DNA from: Octopus sinensis
Taxonomy: Eukaryota
Length of the DNA stretch: 27,552 bases
Assembly (NCBI RefSeq): GCF_006345805.1
Contig: NW_021833342.1
Location: 1 to 27,552 of the forward strand
Direction: 5' to 3'
A program made the position numbers and the translations under genes. Numbering within the stretch: position 1 is the stretch's first letter; every line of letters starts with the position of its first letter. Below the pieces are notes generated by a model that saw only the letters and a program-made list of their open reading frames with translations, was not told where the DNA came from and searched no databases. This document shows, piece by piece, positions 21,472 to 27,552 of this stretch.

Positions 21472-22544
21472 CTATTTTTCTTTTTCCCAATCTCTAACAC
21501 TGTATGAGTACATAATTGTATTTATAACGAAAGCCTAACTTTGAAGGAATATTTCATTTTCTTTATTGTTACATATAAAAATTCCATAAAGACTGGAAGC
21601 CATTACTGTAGAAATTTTGTCGCAAATATTTCCTTTATATTTTCTGTCACTACAACGAATATATTTTAATCTTCGAAACGTTTATAACAGACACAAACAT
21701 TCATAAAGCCACATTCATACGACTTATATACGGCTATACGTATTGAAATGTCTGAGTGTGTATACATATCATACACGTAGTTATGAAAATATGCACGCTT
21801 ACATTTGTACACATATATATACTTGACTGTATATTCATATACGTGTGTGTGTATTCGTTTGGTACGTATGTGTCTTTGTTTGTGTGTTTTTGCCCGCGTG
21901 TATGAGTGCGTGTCTGTGTGCGTGTGTGCATGTGTGTGTATTAGTTAATTATTAATAACTACTCTTACTGCATTCTTGCAATCTTTCTTTTATACTGATT
22001 ATCGCCAGACTACACTATACACGGTTAAAGACGATCCATGAATCCGTGTATTTTTCTTAAATCCAATGTATTATTTATCAAACAATATTTCCATCTGCTC
22101 ATTTGCAGAACTTGATGCACGAGAGCTTCTAAACAAGAGTTATAATCGTCAAAGTAGACTCAGAGAGAAAGAGACATCGATACTCATCTGCACACCGAAT
22201 AATCGTCCCGTTATGATTATTCATGCAACTGTTATAAAATGCATATAAGGATCGCATTTATGTGACATCATTACAGAATATTGAAGCGTGTGTAACAAAT
22301 ATAACTGAAGGATACCAAGATGAAGTAAATGTTTTCTTCTTTCTTCAGCAAACTGCAATTTGTACAAAGTTATAGCACTATTCAGACCACTTAGAACCCT
22401 TTAGAAACAGGCAACGGTGTGAATTTAATGCAGTTACCAGTAAAGAGACGAAATCACAAAGGTAAAATAAAATAAAATGTGAGTGTGTGTGCATGGGTGC
22501 GATGAAACATATTAGCAATGTATGTGGAGTGTGAGGTGTCATGG

Positions 22545-22715
22545 TGGCAGTATCGTTAGCACGACAGGTAAATGCTTAGAGACATATTCGTGCGCCTTAC
22601 ATCCTGCATTTTAATTGCCTGAGGTCAACATTAACTTTCCTTATTTCGAGCTCCATCAAATAACTACGAGGCGAGAATTGGGGTCAATCTAATCGACCTA
22701 TCTCATCCTCCAGTA
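22545..22715 (+). mobile_element. Old tRNA-SINE (same family as the 12073 array)
   Basis: TGGCAGTATCGTTAGCACG head, GAGGTCAAC and GGGGTCAATCTAATCGAC blocks, heavily diverged. Confidence 0.7.
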
Positions 22716-22965
22716 CTGGTAACCCTTGAAACCAAATCTGAAATTTAAAACAGCTATACGGAGGGTGTGAAAATTGAATGGCACTTTCCTCTTGCGATCA
22801 GTGTTTGTTTCTGCTGTAAAAAGCAACCCTACACAGACAGCAACAGGGTGAAAGAGGCTGTCCCGTCTCCTAATGTGTTACCCCACGCGCTTTTTGTAGC
22901 AGAATTTTGGGAGTTATCTGAGATGCTTGCAGTGATGGGGAAACCGACTGAATTTCAGAGTTATA

Positions 22966-22966
22966 C

Positions 22967-23051
<85 letters not shown>

Positions 23052-23052
23052 A

Positions 23053-23102
<50 letters not shown>

Positions 23103-23116
23103 TTTTTCTCACTCAC

Positions 23117-23161
<45 letters not shown>

Positions 23162-23240
23162 TCATCTATCTTTCTTTCTATCTACAAGCCTACCTACCTA
23201 TCTACGTATCTGTCGGTCTATATATTTATATATCTAGTTA
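22966..23240. repeat. (CTAT)n tetranucleotide microsatellite
   Basis: Directly visible. Confidence 0.95.
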
Positions 23241-23767
23241 GCTATCTATGTCTGTCTGTTTGTCTATCTAATTATTTATTTGTATGTCTCTCCTTCTCTC
23301 TCTCTCTCTCTCTCTTTCTCTTTATCTATCTAGCTATCTATCCATATACTTATCTAGCCAGCTAGCGAGGTAACTAACTATATATGTGTGTGTGCATGTA
23401 TGTGTGTGTGTGTGCGTGCGTGAGTGTGTATACGTGTGTGTGTGTGTTTGTGTGTGTGTATGTATTTATACACACACACTCACATCTCTATATTTCTGTT
23501 AATATTTGTTTTTATGTTCAGTTATATTAAAAACAAATTCATATTAATCTGATGCATTATTCAATACTTATGCAGAGTGGAAATTTATTATGCTTAAACA
23601 AGAATATTCTTGACAGCAACTTAGAAAGAATAATATTATATATACATACGTAAATATATATAAATATATATATATATACATACATACATATATTAATATA
23701 TATATATATGTATAATATATATATATATATATATATAATATATCTATATATACATTTATATATATAT

Positions 23768-23801
<34 letters not shown>

Positions 23802-23802
<1 letters not shown>

Positions 23803-23952
23803 CCGGAGTAAACATAAATGTCAAACAAGGTGGAAAAAAGAGTACTCAAACACTAGTGGTAGAGTAATATGCTTTATTTAAAGCAGCAGAAACTTCAACA
23901 AAACCTGTTACTCTGAGTTTCCCGTTGCCGTTCATCGGACAGGTTGCTAGCA
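23802..23952 (-). mobile_element. Penelope-like solo pLTR/3'-end insert in (TA)n
   Basis: ~150-bp island between (TA)n tracts. The minus strand begins with a hammerhead fold, followed by AATAAA and a short tail. Confidence 0.65.
23902..23945 (-). ncRNA. Type I hammerhead ribozyme motif (U4C variant)
   Basis: Minus strand reads AACCTGT-CCGATGA-ACG(GCAA)CGG-GAAA-CTC A GAG-TA-ACAGGTT: perfect 7-bp stem I, short stem II with GNRA loop, near-palindromic stem III and a GUA cleavage triplet. Confidence 0.7.
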
Positions 23953-24088
23953 AAATATATATATATATATATATACATAATATACATACATACATAAATA
24001 TGTATAAATATATATGTATATATATATATACATACATTATGTATATATTTATATTTATACATACCTACATATATATATATATATATAT

Positions 24089-24135
<47 letters not shown>

Positions 24136-24281
24136 TATATATAATAGGGTACATTTAAACACATGAGACTACGACCTTTAACAGGTAGTTTTACACGCTA
24201 GAAGAAGCAGTCAAAACATTTAAGAGCAATTTCCAAGGGGATGAAAAATAAAAACTGTTATATATATATATATATATATAA

Positions 24282-25480
24282 GTTCAGCAAAATTTAGCTT
24301 CAAATGAATATGGTACTCAAGTTAGATGCCCCAAAATTTTGAATGGCGTTCTTCATATAAATCCATGGGTAATTATAATCAAAATAAGCAACAAGAATAA
24401 TTTGGTACGATCGTTTCACGCTACATCAATTTATTAAATATTGTAAGTATTACAACAATTTTAAAATGTTGAGCAATCATCAGCCATTTATAGAGGTTTT
24501 CCATTAATACATAATTTTCATATTAATTGATAACATTATAGAGAAGGTAGATATATAGACAAAGATGTCGATTTAAATTTTAAGAACATTAAGGTAGTAG
24601 ACTTTATCTTGACTGAAGATTATTCATTAAGTTATTTTGAACTGCTAGAAGGTTGGGAAGTATAATCAGTTGAAAGAAGACAAAAACATATTTTCTATTT
24701 ATAGAAATACGGGTGAAATAAATGTCAGAAGTTATTCATAAAGAAATTAAGGTAGAGAGGGGGTTGCAATGCCATAGAAGCTGTTTATTTCTATTTGGCA
24801 AACAGGTTTTGTATTAAGAAAACTAGGTCAATGTCAGATGATCACGGTGACCACCTATATACCAAAATGTTATACAGAATACATAGATCCCTTTAAACTT
24901 ATATACATCAGCATTATATTTAGCTGGTAGGTGTTGAATATTTTGATACGTTGGATTAAATGAGAAATTATAAATCTAATATTTATTCATTTTGGAGAAA
25001 AATCTATCATTTATTATGAGTAGGCATAATACTCAATAACTGAGGACAAAAGTCTTATTAATAAAGTGAATATATTAGGGGTCAAATATATATATTAGAA
25101 AAAACTGGAAGAGGAGTAATCAAGATGAATAAATTTCTAAGGTTTAGTAGAAGGTGATTTATTTTTATGAAGAGAAATAATTAAGAAGAGTAGATTACTC
25201 AGATTTAGTAGATAGTGAATTGTTATTAATGAATTAAATTATAGAATCTGTTGGACATAATATTTACTACCCGCGGAGAAAAGCTAATTAGTTAGGTAAA
25301 AATATCCTGGGTTAATGATATATTAAGAAATGGAAGTGAGGTAATCAAGGTGAACTGCATAGTTTCTTTAGGGACATAGAATTTATACTATTTAATATAA
25401 AAGATTATCAAAAAAAAGAGACAATTTAATTCTAAATATGCAATGAAGTTTTTTACTAATCTATGCGTGATTTAGTAATC
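24282..25480 (-). mobile_element. Decayed Penelope-like element (3' portion)
   Basis: Minus strand has a DVYKFKGIYVFCITFWYIG stretch (GIY-YIG-like, ~24848-24904), then an AT-rich UTR, a hammerhead motif and a tail ending in (TA)n. The 5' boundary is uncertain. Confidence 0.5.
24403..24486 (-). ncRNA. Type I hammerhead ribozyme motif, degenerate stems
   Basis: Minus strand reads TGG-CTGATGA-(59-nt imperfect stem II)-GAAA-CGATCG-TA-CCA: canonical core and a palindromic minimal stem III. Predicted cleavage lies between 24406 and 24405. Confidence 0.65.
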
Positions 25481-25506
25481 TATGCAAATATATATATATA
25501 TATATA

Positions 25507-25610
25507 GATCACGTGATCACGTGACCGACCAGACCATCGCTGGTCACAATGCGTTCGCATTGTTTTAGCCTTCAAATGACGCCCCCCGCTGGCTAAGCGA
25601 GCAGACCACA
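25507..25610. repeat. Dispersed-repeat fragment, family unassigned
   Basis: GATCACGTGACCGACCAG...CATCGCTGGTCACAATGCG...GCTGGCTAAGCGAGCAG matches a sequence I recall as a high-copy octopus repeat. Single copy in this window. Confidence 0.45.
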
Positions 25611-25645
25611 CACACACACACACACACATACATACTACATCTATA

Positions 25646-25676
<31 letters not shown>

Positions 25677-26069
25677 ATCTATATATATATATATATATAT
25701 AATATATATATATATTATATATATATGTGTGTGTGTGTATGTATATATTATATATGTATATATATATATAATATAGATATATCGGAATTGGTTAACGATT
25801 TGCATATAAATGTATCAATAATGGCAACAGTATAGGAGAAGTCAGGAGCAGCGTGTCTGAAAGGAACCCACATCACCTGCAGTGATGGGTTTTGTACATA
25901 TGCGTTCTCTATATTGTTAATCGTCAAACCATCCAAACGCAACACACATACCCGTGCCAAATTGTAAATTCATATACATACATACCTATAATTACAAGTG
26001 TGTGTGCGTATGCCCCCAAGTAGGCGTGCATGTATGTGGTACTCTCGGTATCTGACACCTACCCCACTA

Positions 26070-26242
26070 CTACTGCCGGTGTGTTTACGTCTCTGTAAGC
26101 TGTTCGCAAATGAGAACTAAAACTATGGAATAATTACTAACTTTAAAAAATAAATTTTCTGTTGGTTTGTTTCCTTAAACACCTTCAAGGTGCTGCCCAG
26201 CAGGCTGCATTGAGATGGCTTAAACTTGCAAATGATAAAACT
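26070..26242 (+). mobile_element. Decayed second half of the CORE-type SINE
   Basis: GGTGTGTTTACGTC and AAGG-TGCTGCCCAGCA blocks align to 3985-4140. Confidence 0.6.
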
Positions 26243-26250
26243 ATATATTG

Positions 26251-26290
<40 letters not shown>

Positions 26291-26336
26291 TTAAGTGGTG
26301 TGTGTGTGTGTGTGTATGTTGTATATATGTATATGT

Positions 26337-26384
<48 letters not shown>

Positions 26385-26764
26385 ATATAATATATATATA
26401 TATTATATGTACTTGGTTATAGAACACGAGCCAAAATATAGCATTACAACAGATGATAGAAAGTCGAAGGCGAATAGATATTGATTCATTTCAGTTCGAC
26501 GGAAAGAATAATTCTATTGCGTTGCGTTGACAAGTAATTCATTGCAAATTCTTGTTTCTCTGGCTTAATGGTAAATTTTGATATGGAATACTGCTGGAGA
26601 CAATGGTAAATGCGGAACATGTGTTATAATATCTATTCACGATATCTTCTATTACAGCTGGATTATATATACGTGAAATATACATACATACATACATACA
26701 CCATCACGAAACAACACTATATGTGTGTCGGAGGGTGTGTGTATGTATATTATTATACTAATAT

Positions 26765-26809
<45 letters not shown>

Positions 26810-27515
26810 TATATATATCTATTATTTTATATAGATATGTGTGTATATATGTATTTATATATATATAAATCTTTCTTAATATTTATGCGTGTCAATAAGT
26901 ATGTATGAGTAAACCCCCAATATCACTCACGCATATATATTCATACATATATGTATATGTGTATATACATATATGTATATATATATATATATGTATGTAT
27001 GTATGTATACACGCATACAAATGCAGACAGACAGTCAGTCTCACACACACATACGCACACATATATCTGCGAATCTCAGTTTCAGCTTCATGTAGACCTT
27101 CTATCTACGCATTTTTATTTGATTCTAATAGACGATACGATATATTGATAATTGCTTTTAGATTCAACGTTTATTTGATAACAACATGCACGCATTAATG
27201 TATGTCAATGCGTACATCTTCGTGTGTGTATATATGTATACAACAATCTATTATGTATTTCTCGATATATCGTGGTATACACACACACACATATATAGAA
27301 AGTAGCAGAGACCCGCACAGCATGCACGAAATCTTGACATACTCTTGAACATATATGTGATGTATATGAACGTGTATGCGCATGTGTCTGTGTAGGTCGA
27401 TAGAATGACAATTACACACGTACAAATCACCGAAGCGAGAATCACATAAGAACATATAGATATACATACATACATATTTATATACACTTACAAACACACA
27501 CACACACACACATAT

Positions 27516-27552
<37 letters not shown>
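27516..27552. repeat. (GATA)n microsatellite, runs off the window
   Basis: Directly visible. Confidence 0.95.

Noticed and set aside
25510-25523. Tandem CACGTG E-boxes
   Set aside because: Part of a dispersed-repeat fragment, with no promoter context.
4211-27509. Many ORFs rich in IY/YI, VC, HT or LSIY repeats
   Set aside because: They are translations of (TA)n, (TG)n, (CA)n and (CTAT)n microsatellites, not proteins.

Overview
AT-rich, intron/intergenic-like animal genomic DNA dominated by microsatellites and transposable elements. The SINE families look like those I recall from Octopus genomes (inference, not checked). No intact host gene, tRNA/rRNA gene or CRISPR array is supported. From left to right: (1) a degraded Tx1/L1-clade LINE (end of ORF1; ORF2 with APE endonuclease, RT and C-terminal zinc knuckle; 1-3762) whose 3' end joins directly into the tRNA-like head of a CORE-type SINE; (2) an internally deleted hATm-like DNA transposon with both termini and an 8-bp TSD in a (TG)n tract; (3) an RTE-type LINE fragment ending in a fold-back hairpin; (4) a four-unit nested tRNA-SINE array; (5) several short Penelope-like (PLE) 3'-end inserts in (TA)n tracts carrying hammerhead ribozyme motifs or perfect fold-back hairpins; (6) stacked non-autonomous Helitron ends, a (GAT)n-tailed SINE, a mariner MITE and a decayed PLE. 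Two observations stand out. First, the SINE array tails share a 26-bp block and a terminal stem-loop with the Tx1 3' UTR, and both LINE and SINE insert into tRNA-derived SINE heads, which suggests a self-targeting Tx1 LINE/SINE partnership. Second, there is a set of (TA)n-embedded, hammerhead-bearing mini-PLE inserts, one complete, one degenerate and one possible G3:C8 core variant.
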